A DNA stretch of 64,000 bases from Piromyces finnis finn (lineage: Eukaryota > Fungi > Neocallimastigomycota), in contig MCFH01000012.1 in NCBI GenBank assembly GCA_002104945.1, positions 186,001 through 250,000 on the forward strand, in the 5' to 3' direction. The position numbers and the translations under genes were made by a program. Positions 39,522-53,998 of the stretch are shown here, one piece after another. Numbering within the stretch: the stretch's first letter is position 1; every line of letters starts with the position of its first letter. Below the pieces are notes generated by a model. It was not told the DNA's origin. It worked only from the letters and a program-made list of their open reading frames with translations, and ran no database searches.

Positions 39522-41105
39522 TTGAAATTTTCAGGAAATCCAAAAAATTTTTCAATTCAGAACAACTCCCATATATCAGAGTGTAATAATAATATATGTA
39601 ATCATATAAATCCCAATATATTAAAAATAAATCAAAATAAATTGAAGAAATTTTTAATTAAATTGATTCAATTCAAAAATGATATAAACAAATACTATTC
39701 TAATATATTGGCCCATATAGAATCCCGTATATTACAATATAATGGAGAAAACCAAAATATGAGTGAAAAACATAAAATTGAAGATTTATGTCAATATAAA
39801 AATCAATTGAACCAAACTTTGAATAATATATTACAATATATAGATAATATATTAGGAAACAAGAGTAATAAATATAATTTAATCAATTATAGAATACATT
39901 CTATTAATAATAGCAGTAATAATAATGATAATGATACAGAAGGAGATATAGCTGAATTTATGAAAGAATTCCTTGAAGATCATATAGTAACTCTAGATAA
40001 TGAAAGGTACATCAAAGAAGAAGGAAATCTAAGAAAAATAATTAGTACAAATGAAGAAAAGTTCAATTTAATTTGGAAAGCACATGCAATTGGTCACGAA
40101 GGCTTCGGTAAAACTTATGAGAGACTAAAGAAATCCTTCTATTGGAAAGGAATGACAGTAGATATTAAAAGGTTCATAGCCAATTGTACTACCTGTCAAT
40201 TAAATAAAAAGAATGAAATTCCCAATCCCACAGAAAAATATGCTACTCCTGTGGAGGCTCCATTTACTCATCTAGGTTTAGATATAATAGGCCCTTTACC
40301 TGCTACTAGCCAAGGCAACCAGTACATTATGGTAGTAGTTGACTATTTTACCAAGTGGGTAGAAGCAGAGCCGCAGTCCTCAATAACGTCTCAAGATGTG
40401 GTTTATTTCCTATCAAAAATTTTTGCAAGATTTGGTACACCTACCACTATAACTACTAATAATGGAGTACAATTTAACTCTGACTTTACAAAAATTTTTC
40501 TAGATTTGTATGACGTATACATTAAATTCACCGTAACGTATCACCCAGAGTCCAATGGATTAACTGAAAATCGCAATAGAGAAATAGGAAAACTATTAAG
40601 ACTACTTGCCTCAAAGGAAAAAGAATGGGACAAAGTTCTTCCTTTTGCTCTATGGGCTTTAAGAACATCTAAAAATACAGTTACCAAATATTCAAGTTTT
40701 GAATTGGTCTATGGTAGAAAAGACCAACAACCTTTCGAATTATACACCACTCTTCCTACTTCCATGGTCCAAGGTAACCAAAAAGAGCAGTTAATTGAAA
40801 AATTTATAGATCACTATAATTGGATAATAGATGCTTGTAACAATATTAAGAAGAATAATAAATACTGGGAAACTAAAAGAGAAGAAATTACCAGTATGAA
40901 TAAACAGAACGAAATTAAAATAGGTGACTTAGTTAAAGTTAGGAATTTTTCAAGATACAAATTAGAACCTTACTTTGTAGGACCCTTCGAAGTTGTAAGT
41001 AAACAATATAATACCGCCAAATTAATGGATCCTGATACTAAAAGACTTTTAGAACGTCCTGTCCACCTTAAAAATATAATAAAATTTCATTCTACAACTC
41101 CATAG
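39522..41105 (+). pseudogene. integrase of E3
   Basis: HAIGH..CTTC zinc finger, LGLDIIGPL, TTNNG (degenerate second Asp), SNGLTENRN, VGPF motif; no chromodomain. Confidence 0.88.
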
Positions 41106-43753
41106 TTGTATTTAAGGAGGGACATTTGATATGAAATATTATATAAAACTCTAATTATTAATAAAATTATTTTATTAATAATTACATAAAATAAATTAAA
41201 ATAATCATGTAACAACGTGACTAAAAGCAATTGAGGCGTAAATAAACTCACAAGATAAAATAAATTTAAGTGATAACATAAATTTATTTTATTAATTTAA
41301 GTAATATAAACATAAAATTATAACATAATTTTATGTTATGTATATAATTTCTTTTATTTATTATTTTATTTATAATATTTTATATTTTATATTTATATTT
41401 TATTATATTTTTATTATACTTCAATAAATATTTTTATACTTTTTATACTAGTTATTATATATTTATTAATTAAACAAACAAAACATAGTTTATAATTATT
41501 AAAAGATATATAAATGTATTATTATTTCTTATAATTAATTCTTTGCTTCTTGTATTTTTTTTAGCCAAATTTATATTTAATAAAATTAATTTGAAATAAT
41601 ATTACATAAAATTTCCCCCTAAAGGAAATAGAACCGAGTTATATCAGATGTCATATATTCATTCTTAAAATATTATTGGATGGATGAATAAGATACCAAT
41701 AGGATATAAGTTATAAATTGAATATGAATAGAATAACTATAGGATACTAATAAACTATTAATAATATGAAATTAATATATTAATAAATAAATATATATTT
41801 ATAAGTATATATTATATATAAACAATAATTGTAATTTTTTAATTTAAATATTTTATATATTTTATATATTTTATATATTTTATATATTACAAATTATTAA
41901 GTTTTTTAAAAATATATTTTAAATAAATTAAAAAAAAATAAAATTATAATATCTACATTAAATATAATAATAATATATATATTGATATATATATTATTAT
42001 TACTATTATTATTATTTTTTAAAATGAAAATTTTTAATTCTATTTTATGTTTACAAAGTTTTTCGTTAATAGTAAGTTTATTTGTCTATTAAATGGTAGC
42101 AATAAGTACACAGGATATTGATACAAGTGGTATTAACATATACCATCCAATTGTATACTTTTTATTTATCCTCTTAAAACATAACGAAACTAAAAGAACA
42201 AAATCTTATTCATTGATTGCTAAATACCTGGAAACCTATAATCTATAATATAAAAATTGATAATGATGAAAGTAATGAAAAGGATAGAATCCCAAATGAA
42301 GAAATTGGAATTCTTAATAATCGATTAAATAATATAAAGATTGAAGAAAATAATACTTTGGAAAATAAGAAATTCAAAAATGACATTATTGATATCATTT
42401 ATAGTTGTATTGAAGAATTTGGTTTACGTATTGTAAATATTTCTCGATTAATGACTATTAAAAGGTATTATGGTAAAACTTCATTATCAAATCATTCTAT
42501 ATTCAATATATTTACAATTTTAAATTTGGGATATTTTGTGTATAGTGACAAGGAATGGTATAAATTCTTTTACAGTCTTAATGGATGGGAATCAATAAAT
42601 TCTTACGACATAGCTAAAGAAATAAATTTGTATTTGACAAGAAATCTTAAGAATATGTGTATCGAATACAATATATCTTTAGATGGCATCACTAATGAAT
42701 TAATGAATTTCTTTACCAATCATACCATAATCTATAATCACTTGGAACAACTTGAAACCTTCTTTTACACACATGATTTTATTAAACGAATTGATAAAGG
42801 TAATGTATTAAGATTCGAAGACTGCGTTTATGACTTTGATATTGGAGCTCCACGTCCTGGACGTCCAATGATTTTTGTCTTAAATCAACCAATTACAATT
42901 ACTATAATGATAATAGGAATAAAATGGAAGAAGTCTATCAATTCTTAAGAGATATTTTTGTTGAGGAAGACTTGATAAATTATGTATTAAAAGTGATAGC
43001 TTCTAATCTTACTCTTGGTAATAAATTACGTTCCATTTTGTTTTTCATTGGATCTGGTCGTAATGGTAAAACTACCTTTACCAATATGTTAAGACTTGCA
43101 CTTGGAGTGTAAAGATATCAAACGCCTCTGTTTGATATCTTTAATGTAACTTAAGCCACAAGTATTATTGTTTAAGTTACACAAATTATATTCAGAAAAA
43201 GAAAATGAGACATAATTTATTTATTAATAATTAAAGTTTAAAACAAAATAAATTATTAATTTATTTTTAATGTTTAACAAGTAAATTAATATTCTCAATT
43301 TAAATCCCTAGTTTTAGTATTGTTTTTTTTATAGAAATAGATAAATAATAAATGATTAATATATCAATAATACATGGGCACATATTCAAATTAAATAGTA
43401 CTTAATTTGAATTGCCAATTGTATTTTACTAAAAATAGTTATAGTTTAAATATTTATTAATAATTAAGATTTTAGTGTAGATTTTAAATAATAATATATA
43501 AGAAATAAATAGTTATAATATAATATAAATGTATTTAGGAAAAATATAAATAGAAGATATTTTTCATCATTTTATCGATGTAATTGTTATTATTAAAATT
43601 CTATTATAATAAAAGATATTTTATAAAACAATTTTTTATTTTATTTTTTCAAAATCTTGTGTTATTGTAATAGAATAGATATCCTAATCTATTCTTTCTG
43701 TGTCGCCATTACAATAACAATTACCTAACGAAAACCAAGAATACGTTAGGGTA

Positions 43754-43880
43754 TCTACCGCCGAGTAAAAGAAGAAAAAGAAGGAATAACTACTGGGTTG
43801 AAATTGAGTCTACCGCCGAGTAAAAGAAGAAAAAAGAAGGAATAACTACTGGGTTGAAATTGAATCTACCGCCGCCGAGT
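43754..43880 (+). repeat. ~55-bp tandem repeat (2.3 copies) in E5 leader
   Basis: TCTACCGCCGAGTAAAAGAAG.. at 43754, 43809 and 43865. Confidence 0.85.
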
Positions 43881-44080
43881 GGGAAGAAAGGACCAAGAAT
43901 AACCATTAAGGATTGATTAGTAGTACAAAACTTGTTCGACACTGCTTTTTGCAGAACGCGTCTGAATAACTTTTGTATTGTTAGATATACTAAAATTATC
44001 TTTTATAAATAATTAAAAAAAAAAAAAAAAATTACTTACTTGAAATAGTAGTAAGAAAACATTTTATTTATTTTAGTAAG

Positions 44081-47000
44081 TTGGAGGGTTTAATTAGTGA
44101 ATTTGAAAATTTGAATTTGGAAATGGGTGATAGGAATGTGGGTGTTTCCGGGAACTCGGGGAACATTATTAATGCTCCACCGATATTCTCTGGTAAACAA
44201 CGTGAATTAGATGGATTTTTAACTAGAGTGGAGTTGGTATTTCGTACTCGACCGACACTGTACAATACAGATCGAGTCAAGGTCGACTTCGTTATATCAT
44301 ACTTCTCTGGTAAACCTTTGGAATGGGCTTCAGTGTTGATGAAGAATAATAGTGGGGTTTTAAACCATTATGATGAATTTGTAGATAGGTTGAAGGCTAA
44401 TTTTGGCAGTTATAGATACGATACCGTTGTAGCTAACGGAAAATTAGATAATCTTCGCCAAAGGAAACTTGGTCAGGTATTAGATTACATTACCGAGTTT
44501 CAACGTATTAGCCAAAATTCAAGCTTTAATGATAGCGCAAAAATCTACATGTTTCTGAAAGGTTTATTACCACCACTTAGGGAGAAGTTGGCTTTCATTG
44601 AATCAAACCCAACTTCAATTGAACAATTAATTTCTTCAACTATTTTAGTTGAAGATATGATGAAAAGGAATTCTTTAAGTGAATTTTATTTTAATGGTAG
44701 AAGGGCTAATGATCCTATGGATGTGGATGTATTTAAAATTAGTAGAGAGAATAAACGAAAAAGGTATGTGAATATTCAAGGATCAAGTAAAAATTACAAT
44801 GAAAACATAGATAACTTTGAAGAAGAAAAGAAAAAAGGGTTATGTTTTCTTTGTAAACAACCGGGACATTTAAAATTTAATTGTCCTAATAGAGTAAAGC
44901 CCAGAAAAGTGTTAAGAATTGTTAAAGAAAGGACTCCAAAAATTGTTAATCCAAAAATTTACAAAGTTGGAGTTAAGGGAGTGAAAAGTGATTTAAACCT
45001 TGTGGACTTTTACTTGAGTACCAATGAAGTTTCGGAAGTTAAAATTAAGGTTTTAATTGATTCCGGTTCTGAATTAAATTTCATTAATCCAAGTCTTGCT
45101 GAAGAACTTGGTATTAATTTGGAAAAAGTGGAACCATTCCGTGTTTCAGGTGTTAGTGATGGAGTTGTTAGTGTTTGGGAAAGGACTGAGAAGTGCATGC
45201 TCCGTTGCAAAAATCACTTCGAAGTAATTCAACTTTATGGATTACAAGTCCCCGGTGTTGATGTTATTCTTGGTTTGCCGTGGATAAAGAAGCATAATCC
45301 AAATGCTTTCTACGACTCTAAGAAAATCGCTTTTAGTTCTGGTTATTGTGCCAGACATTGTAATAAAGGCAAAAGAAAGAGAAAACCAAGAAAGAAGTCA
45401 AAGAATGATCAGTTAGATCATGATGTTCTCGACCGAAGCTTGACCAAAAAACCGAAAGTAGATCCCTCTGTCCCAAACAATGAAGAAAAAGAATATGTTA
45501 AAGGCCGCCTTGTTAGAACCATCAATGATGAAGATGATAGCGATGATGAATATATTAGTTTTAATAAAAAAGTTAAATGTATTGTAACAAAAATTAATGA
45601 AACATGTAATAATGATAACGAATCATGTAGTAATAATAATAATAATGGAAAAGATATTAATAAAGATAAATTGGTCGCCGTACCAACCCAATATTTAGAA
45701 TTTAGTGAAGTGTTTAATGAAAAAAATTGTGAAGTGTTACCTCCTCATAGACCTTATGATTGTGAAATCAAACTTAAAGATGATTCGACTTTATTTTATG
45801 GACCTTTGTATCCATTAACTGAAGTTGAAAGAGAGGAACTTAAAAAATATATTGATGATAATTTAAATAAAGGTTTTATTAGGAAATCATCGTCTCCTGC
45901 TGGTGCCCCAATTTTATTTGTTAAAAAGAAGGATGGCTCCCTAAGACTTTGTATCGATTATAGAAAGTTGAATGATATTACCATTCGTAATTCATATCCT
46001 TTACCTTTAATTAGTGACCTTTTGGATAGGGTGAAAAATGCTAAGATTTTTACTAAATTAGACCTTAAATCCGCTTATAATCTTGTTCGTATTAAAGAAG
46101 GTGACGAATACAAAACGGCTTTTCGTACTAGATATGGACATTTTGAATATCTGGTTATGCCTTTTGGATTAAAGAATGCACCTGCAACTTTTCAACACTT
46201 CATTAACGATGTCCTTAGTGACTATTTAGACGATTTTGTTATCTCATATATTGATGATATTCTTATTTATTCTAATAATATCGAAGAACATCATGAGCAT
46301 GTTAAAAAGGTACTTAAGAAACTACTTGAAAATAATCTTTATGTTAAATTAGAAAAATGTGAGTTTGATGTTGAGAAAACCACTTTTCTTGGTTATGTCA
46401 TTTCAAAGGATGGATTGCAAATGGATGAAAATAAAGTTAAAGCAATTCTCGATTGGCCGGTTCCCAAGAATGTTAAAGAGGTTCAGTCTTTTATTGGTTT
46501 ATGCAACTATTACAGAATTTTTATTAAAGACTTTGCTAAAATTGCAAACCCTCTTCACAAACTCACTAGAAAAAATGTTGCTTTTAACTGGGTGAAAGAA
46601 GATCAGGACGCTTTTATTTTATTAAAATCTCTGTTCACGTCAGCTCCTATTCTGAAACATGCGGATAGTAATAAACAATTTATTGTAGAAACTGATGCTA
46701 GTAATTATGCTGTCGGTGCTATTCTCTCTCAAGAATTTGATGGCAAATTACATCCTATTGCATTTCTTTCTAAAAGTTTGACGAGTTGTCAAAGAAACTA
46801 TCCTATATATGACAAGGAACTTTTAGCTATTGTAGTTGCTCTTGAAGAATGGCGTCATTATTTAGAAGGTGCACGCCATCCGTTCATAATTTATACTGAT
46901 CACAAGAATTTAACATTTCCTAGAAAACCTGAAATGTTATCTCAGAGACAAATTAGATGGAATTTGTTCTTATCCAGATTTGATTTTAAACTCATTTATA

Positions 47001-48673
47001 GAGCTGGAAAGAAATCCGGTAAGCCTGATATCCTGTCTCGTAGAAGTGATCATGTAGAGAATAATATTAATTCTGATGTTTCTTGTCTTACTATTTCGTT
47101 TCATCATAGCGATAACAAACCGTTAATCGATTCTATTTTATTAGAACTTAAAAATGACGATTTGTATAATTCTATTGTCCAATTTAAAATGAATGGTTCT
47201 GCATGTAATGCACCTATTAAAAATATTGATAAAGTTATTATTGATAACGAGGGATTTTTGTTATATAATAATCTTATTTATGTTCCTAAATCTCTTAGGA
47301 CAAGAGTTTTGGAACTTCATCATGATTCTGTTGCTGCTGGTCATTTCGGTATTAAGAAAACCACTGAACTGATTTCCAGAAACTTTTGGTGGCCAAGGTT
47401 TCATTCAGACGTTAAATCTTTTATCAAATCTTGCGTGACTTGTTGCAAATCCAAAGTCCCCAGACATAAGCCTTATGGATTGTTATCCCCTTTGGACACT
47501 CCCAGTAGGCCCTGGTCTGATATTTCTATTGATTTTATTGTTGATCTTCCTAAGTCCAGAGATATGACAACTCTCATGGTTGTTGTCGATAGATTTACTA
47601 AATTTGCTCACGCCATTCCTTTACGTTGTCTTCCTACTGCTTCGATTGCTGCTGATGCTTTTATTGCTAATGTCTTCCGTTTGCATGGTCTTCCTGATTC
47701 CATCATTTCTGATAGAGGCTCGCAATTTACTTCTGACTTTTGGTCAAGACTTTGTGACCTTCTTAATATCAATCATTCATTATCAACTGCCAACCATCCG
47801 CAGACAGATGGTCAAACGGAGAGGGTGAACGGCATATTAGAACAATATTTCCGTTGTTTTATAAATAAAAAGCAGAATAACTGGGTTGATCTTATCCCAT
47901 TTGCTGAATTTGCATATAATAATACTTTACAACAATCTATAAATTAATCTCCATTCTTTGCTAATTATGGTTTTCATCCAAAGTTCAGCTTAGAAATTCC
48001 AGCTAATGATAGACCTAGTAGAGCTGAACAAAGAGTAATTGATATGAATGAAAACTTTAAATTATTAAAAGAAAACTTAGAAAAAGCAAAAGAAACATAT
48101 AAGAAATATGCCGATATGAAGAGAATGATTCCCCCGGAGTTCGAAGTGGGAAAGAAGGTATGGTTATTGAAAGATTCTCCTGGAACTAACCTAAAGAGAA
48201 AATTAGCACCTCAAATGCTTGGCCCATTTGAGATAATTGGAAAAGTTAGTTCTCTCGCTTTCAAATTGAAACTCCCAAAGACAATGAGATGTCATCCAGT
48301 CTTTCATGTTTCATTGTTAGAACCATACTTTGAAAACAAGTTTAACGACAGGTCTAATCGTAGGAAGAGGAACATTCACCTTAACACAGATTTAATTGAA
48401 AAAATTCCAGAGAAAATTGAAAAGATGAAATCTGTTAATGGTGAAACATTTTATAAGTTATCATGGAAAGGATTTGACAAATCCACTTGGATTTCTGAAG
48501 ATCAGATTCCAGATAAACAATTAATACAAGAGTTTGAAAGAAACTCTAAAAAGTCAAAATATAAGTCGAACGACTCCTCCATGAAAATTAGAAAGAATAA
48601 AGTAGGTAATCTAATCAAGCACAGATACCAACCATTTGTAATTGAAATTCCTTCGAGAAAAGATTCCTTATAA
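44081..48673 (+). pseudogene. gag-pol: Gag-Pol polyprotein with one in-frame stop at 47945-47947
   Basis: CFLCKQPGHLKFNC, IDSGS, YIDD, ETDAS, HHCC, DDE. After the TAA the same frame continues SPFFANYGFHP..LGPF..chromodomain-like KLSWKGFDKSTW. Confidence 0.92.
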
Positions 48674-50733
48674 ATTAATCTCGCAGGAGCTCGACTTAGA
48701 GAGAGAGATTGTAAAGATATCAAACGCCTCTGTTTGATATCTTTAATGTAACTTAAGCCACAAGTATTATTGTTTAAGTTACACAAATTATATTCAGAAA
48801 AAGAAAATGAGACATAATTTATTTATTAATAATTAAAGTTTAAAACAAAATAAATTATTAATTTATTTTTAATGTTTAACAAGTAAATTAATATTCTCAA
48901 TTTAAATCCCTAGTTTTAGTATTGTTTTTTTTATAGAAATAGATAAATAATAAATGATTAATATATCAATAATACATGGGCACATATTCAAATTAAATAG
49001 TACTTAATTTGAATTGCCAATTGTATTTTACTAAAAATAGTTATAGTTTAAATATTTATTAATAATTAAGATTTTAGTGTAGATTTTAAATAATAATATA
49101 TAAGAAATAAATAGTTATAATATAATATAAATGTATTTAGGAAAAATATAAATAGAAGATATTTTTCATCATTTTATCGATGTAATTGTTATTATTAAAA
49201 TTCTATTATAATAAAAGATATTTTATAAAACAATTTTTTATTTTATTTTTTCAAAATCTTGTGTTATTGTAATAGAATAGATATCCTAATCTATTCTTTC
49301 TGTGTCGCCATTACATGGAGATTATGCTGCTACTCCGAACGTATTCTTATTTCTAGGAAAGTCCACCAGTGCTGATAAACCAAGTCCTCATATGATGGAT
49401 CTTAATAAATGTAGAATTTCGATTTGTGAAGAACCAGATGCTCGATCCATTAATATCACCGGTGATGCTAAAGCCATTACAGGAAATGTCGGATATATTA
49501 AGACTAGATATTTGTATAAAGATTTGCAAACTGTTTACGTTGATTTATTACCAATTATCAATACCAATGATAAATTAACTATATCCAATTTGGATAATGC
49601 TTTAATTGATAGAATCTTGGTTATTCCTTTCACTCAACGTTTTGTTAACAAAATGAATATCTCAATATTATCATCCACTCAAAATATTGACAACTCTTCC
49701 ATCAAGCAGGCCAACACAATGTGGCAAGGTTCTCATATTCAAATATATGCTGAAGCATTAATCCACATCTTGATCAAAAATTACCAAAAAGATTATACAA
49801 GTTTGGAGATACCTCAAAGTGTCATCCATGCTACAAAGCATTTTATTATGAGATGTGACCATATAGCCAGATTCTTGGAAAAGTATATTATTGATAAAAA
49901 TGACAACTTTGCCATTCCTATCGATGAAGTTTATTCCTTATATAAAGGTTGGTTTAAAAATTTTGTTTCTACTGGAGCTCTAAGTTATTGTTTGAAAGAT
50001 TTCCGTATGGATTTAATTAAATATAATATAAGAATAAAAAGTGTAATGTCATCTGATCATTTAGTTGAATCCATTGTTGGATATAGATTGGCAAAATAAA
50101 AAAATATTTAATTGCAGTTTATTAATTAAAATAGTTTAAATACTATATATTATTAACTTCATTTAAATAATATGTGTTATTATTATTTTTAATTAATTAT
50201 TGCAATAAAAACTTTAAATGTTTAATTTTATTAAATAAATAATATTTGTATATTTTGCTTATATTTATTTTAGTAATATTAAAATCTTAATATAATTTTA
50301 TTTATTTTTTAAAAAATAATTCATAATGTAAATAATTATTTAATTTTTTTAAGAAAAACTATTTTTTATTATTAATAATTATTATATATATTATATGCAA
50401 AATATTATAATTAATTATTGATTGTTTATTTAAATATATATATATATTTAATATATATACTAATGTTTATCATATAATCAAAATGTTATTATATTATGAA
50501 ATAAATTTATTAATATATATTAAATATATATTGTATATATTGTATATAAAATAAGTATTGTATTTGTTAATAATATTATAAATGTTATAAGTATTATATA
50601 TATATGAATGTGAATATATATATGTATTTTGTTAATATAACTATTATTTTAAAATGTAAAAAATAAATATTTGAATATATGTAAATTATTTTTTATTAAA
50701 TATTATTTTATTATTAAAAAAAATAATTATAAT

Positions 50734-53700
50734 TTATTTTTCATTTAGAGTTATATGTATTCCGATGGAATCTAAATAAGAATTCATAATATTAAAACTA
50801 TTTGAAATTGTTAAAGATTTCGTTGTGGAATTACAACATATTTCAGATATACTTATTGAATGACAAGTATTACAATATTTAATTTCCATAATATCTGCAT
50901 TATTTCGAAACATATCTTTTAATATGGCATTGGCACCATGTGCTATTAATGCATCCCTTTCCATTTCTCCGATTCTTAAGCCACCATTATTAGCTTTTCC
51001 TTCCGTTGGTTGCTTACTAATAGAATTAACACTTCCGGTAATACGATAAAACATTTTTTCTTCTACTTAATGTTGTAAAGCTGTATAGTAACAAACGCCT
51101 ACAAATACGGATCCTATATTTATTTCTGTATTAGGATCTATCATATTTTCTATGATTGGTATTTCACTTTTAATAAATGTTGAGAGGAAATATTTTATAT
51201 CATTACTTTCTATGGAAGCATTAAAAAATGTTCCAAATTTTTGAGGATCTATCACCATATACTTATCGACATACATTTCGATTAAATGGCCAACAGTCAT
51301 TCTGGATGGAAAGGCATGTGGATTAACAATGATATCTGGCATTATTCCATGTTCTGTTCTGGGTAATTCATCTTCTGGTAGTATTGATCCAATAACACCT
51401 TTTTGAGCATAACGACTAGCAAACTTATCTCCTTGTTGTGGCTTATACATATGGCGAACTTCCACACAACAATAACACATATCATCTTTAATAATCTTTA
51501 ATAAATGTGGTACAATACTCAACAATAACAGGCTTTCTAAAAATATTTTCTATATCTTCAACTTCATTCTTTACAAGATTATATTTCTTAAAAATTATTT
51601 CATTGGAACACGATGAATCTTGTGCAATTGGTGTATTTGGTTTGGGTAATCCATTTTCATAGTTTTCATTTATATTCGATAACATTTCTTCTTTAATATT
51701 GTAAGAAACATATTGATATCTATATTTAATATTACTAAACAAACCATTATCTATACTCCTGGCATTGAATATAACACTGTCTTCTTGATTATTTCCAAAT
51801 GCCATAATAGCTACCATCACATTTTGACCACTAAATCTATGATAAGTATTATCATTTGTTATTGTTGATGATGTTGTCATTGAATCATTATTGCCATTTT
51901 CATCTTTTTCAATATTGATATTTGTAAGAAGGTCAATTCGATTTCTGAATTCTTCATTATTTATCTGTATATTTCTTTTAAAATTATAATGCTTTATAAT
52001 TTCGTTTAAATAATTTTTATTATTTTCTTTAAAATCATTTTCTTCAAATTCATTACTATTATATTCATCATCATATTTGTAAATAAATTAAATAAATTAC
52101 TCAAGGTATAATTGGTATCATTAAATAAAATATTCAAAGGTTGATAATGACAAAATCTGCGTGATAAAATAGATTCTAATTTGGTCATACAAAATGAACG
52201 TTGAGCATGAATTAATTTTGAATTATCATTAAATTGAAATATTGTACTGTCATTTGACATACATTGTTTTGTTATACCTGCTTGAAATGTTAGTCTTGGT
52301 ATATGATTATTTCCTGGAAATGGGGAAAGAGCACTGATTAATCCAAATACAAAATTGGGATCTATTTCTTCATATTCATATTCGGTATTGCATTTGTATT
52401 CAGAAATGTCGATAAATCTTACACCTATTTCAGATCCATTTTTTAAGACTTTTATTGGTCTCATAATTCTTCCTTCATCCGTAAATATATAGAATGTAAC
52501 ATTATCGAATATACAACTAATAAATGGATATGTTAATTTTAATTCTTTATATACATATTCTACTAAATCAGTTGAAGTGAACCCAATGAACCTACTATTC
52601 AACAATACGGGATATTCTGTCGATTTGCTGTTTATACATGGATTCATATGATCATTAACAAAAGAATATAAAATTGATTTGTCTATTGAAAAGTCCGGTG
52701 CTACCAATACTGATATTCCAAAATACTTGACAAGGCCTACATCTTTGGATTCCGGTGTTTCAAAAGTACAGAAATAACCATAATCATAAGACATTCTTAA
52801 CTCCGAATTTTCACTTTCCGTATTAATCGGAATTTGAACTCTTCGTAAATGTGATAATTTATCATAATAGGAACGCTTACTAAGCGTCTGTACTGCAATG
52901 ACCGAGTAATCTTTGAAATAGGAACGAACTAGTCCGGTTTTAACATTATTAAATAATTTAAAATTTAAGTTTTTAACAAATTTATTCAATGGAACCTTTT
53001 TATTTTCTAATGTATAGTATTTAATAAAACGATACATTGAATATGGGAAAGTGTCAATACGATTGTTATAATGTTCTTTTGTATCGTAAAAGAAGGCTCT
53101 TGCCATCGACAGGTAAGTATAAAATTTAATGTCATTATTATTTAATTTATTTTTTCCTTCAGTATCAATAACAGGATGGAGTGAATCCGGAGTAAGATAG
53201 CTATCTATTATCTTATTAATTACAGAGATTATCTCTTCACTTTATTCTTTTCGATGTGAAATAATACTTTCGAAGGTATCTTCTGGTAAAGAATCCGGAA
53301 TGTCAATTACAATATTTTCTGGTAGATTATTTCCAAAAAGAGTAGAAATAATGATATCTTTAATTTTAGCCATTGATAATTTCGGTTTTAAATAATGAAG
53401 AATGTACACGAGAGAGACATTTTGTTTATCATGATATTTAATTCCTTTTACCCGCAGATATTGGAAAAATAAAGAAAAATAGACTCGTATATCCAGATTA
53501 ATGTGATTTTTGACATTCTGAATCTTTTCATAACGTTCTTTTTCCATAAAAGTAGTTATAAAATCAATGTTTGTATTTTCATTTTTGTAATTCAAGTCTT
53601 TTTTATTTTTTCCAAGGACTATTTTTAAATACCTCACATATTTATAATTTGTAAACATTTCCAAAGACTGAAATTTTCCATATTTATTACATTCTTTGTA

Positions 53701-53997
53701 TTCTATGTAATCTTCTTTATTTTTATAAATAAAACATGGCGTACAAAATATTTCTTGTGATATAATAACCTTTTCAACACCGTACACTATAAACACACCG
53801 TCAATAGGTGCTGGTATTTTTATTTCATAAGATCCTTGAATCAGTGATATATAATAATAATCTTTTGATACCATTAAATCATCGTAACTGACTTTTGGTA
53901 TTGAAATAGTTAAATGATTTAATCCTTATTTTTTTCTATAAATTCTTTTATATCATAAATCTTCTTTATAAATAATTTATCAATATCTGCAAATACA
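50734..53997 (-). pseudogene. RPB2: DNA-directed RNA polymerase second-largest subunit, NCLDV-like, fragmented into five ORFs
   Basis: Conserved motifs in order: DGVFIVYGVEKVIISQE; LSHLRR..ETPESKDVGLVK; GQNVMVAIM..NQEDS; GDKFASRYAQKG..PDIIVNPHAFPSRMTVG; QPTEGKANNGGLRIGEMERD. Intronless and strongly diverged from cellular RPB2 consensus (ETPEG, SRHGQKG). Confidence 0.9.
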
Positions 53998-53998
53998 T

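Larger units (their letters stand above)
29057..41646 (+). mobile_element. 5'-truncated non-chromodomain Ty3/gypsy element E3, interrupted by E2
   Basis: CKFCHERGHTKSEC knuckle at ~29057; Gag/PR 29672-31483; RT start 31485-31782 (..LDLFSGY) resumes at 38327 (HQIHMDD..FLDD); RH; integrase 39522-41105; PPT AAGGAGGG; probable 3' LTR 41127-41646 (TGATATGA..TTATATCA). No 5' LTR found. Confidence 0.8.
43108..49315 (+). mobile_element. Ty3/gypsy chromovirus-type element E5 (family D)
   Basis: 606-bp LTRs at 43108-43713 and 48710-49315 (no differences noticed). TSD TGGAG. PPT AGAGAGAGAG. Confidence 0.97.
42217..50099 (+). pseudogene. NCLDV D5-like helicase (D5_N + SF3 helicase) split by E5
   Basis: LRFEDCVYDF..RPGRP (D5_N); Walker A GSGRNGKTT; rejoins in frame across the TSD (LALG|DYAATP); Walker B ISICEE; LPIINTND..ALIDRILVIPF. 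One frameshift near 42865. No primase domain seen. Confidence 0.85.

Noticed and set aside
50734-53997. Functional host RPB2
   Set aside because: Multiple frameshifts and stops, no introns, divergent catalytic-region motifs, and a neighbouring D5-like helicase.
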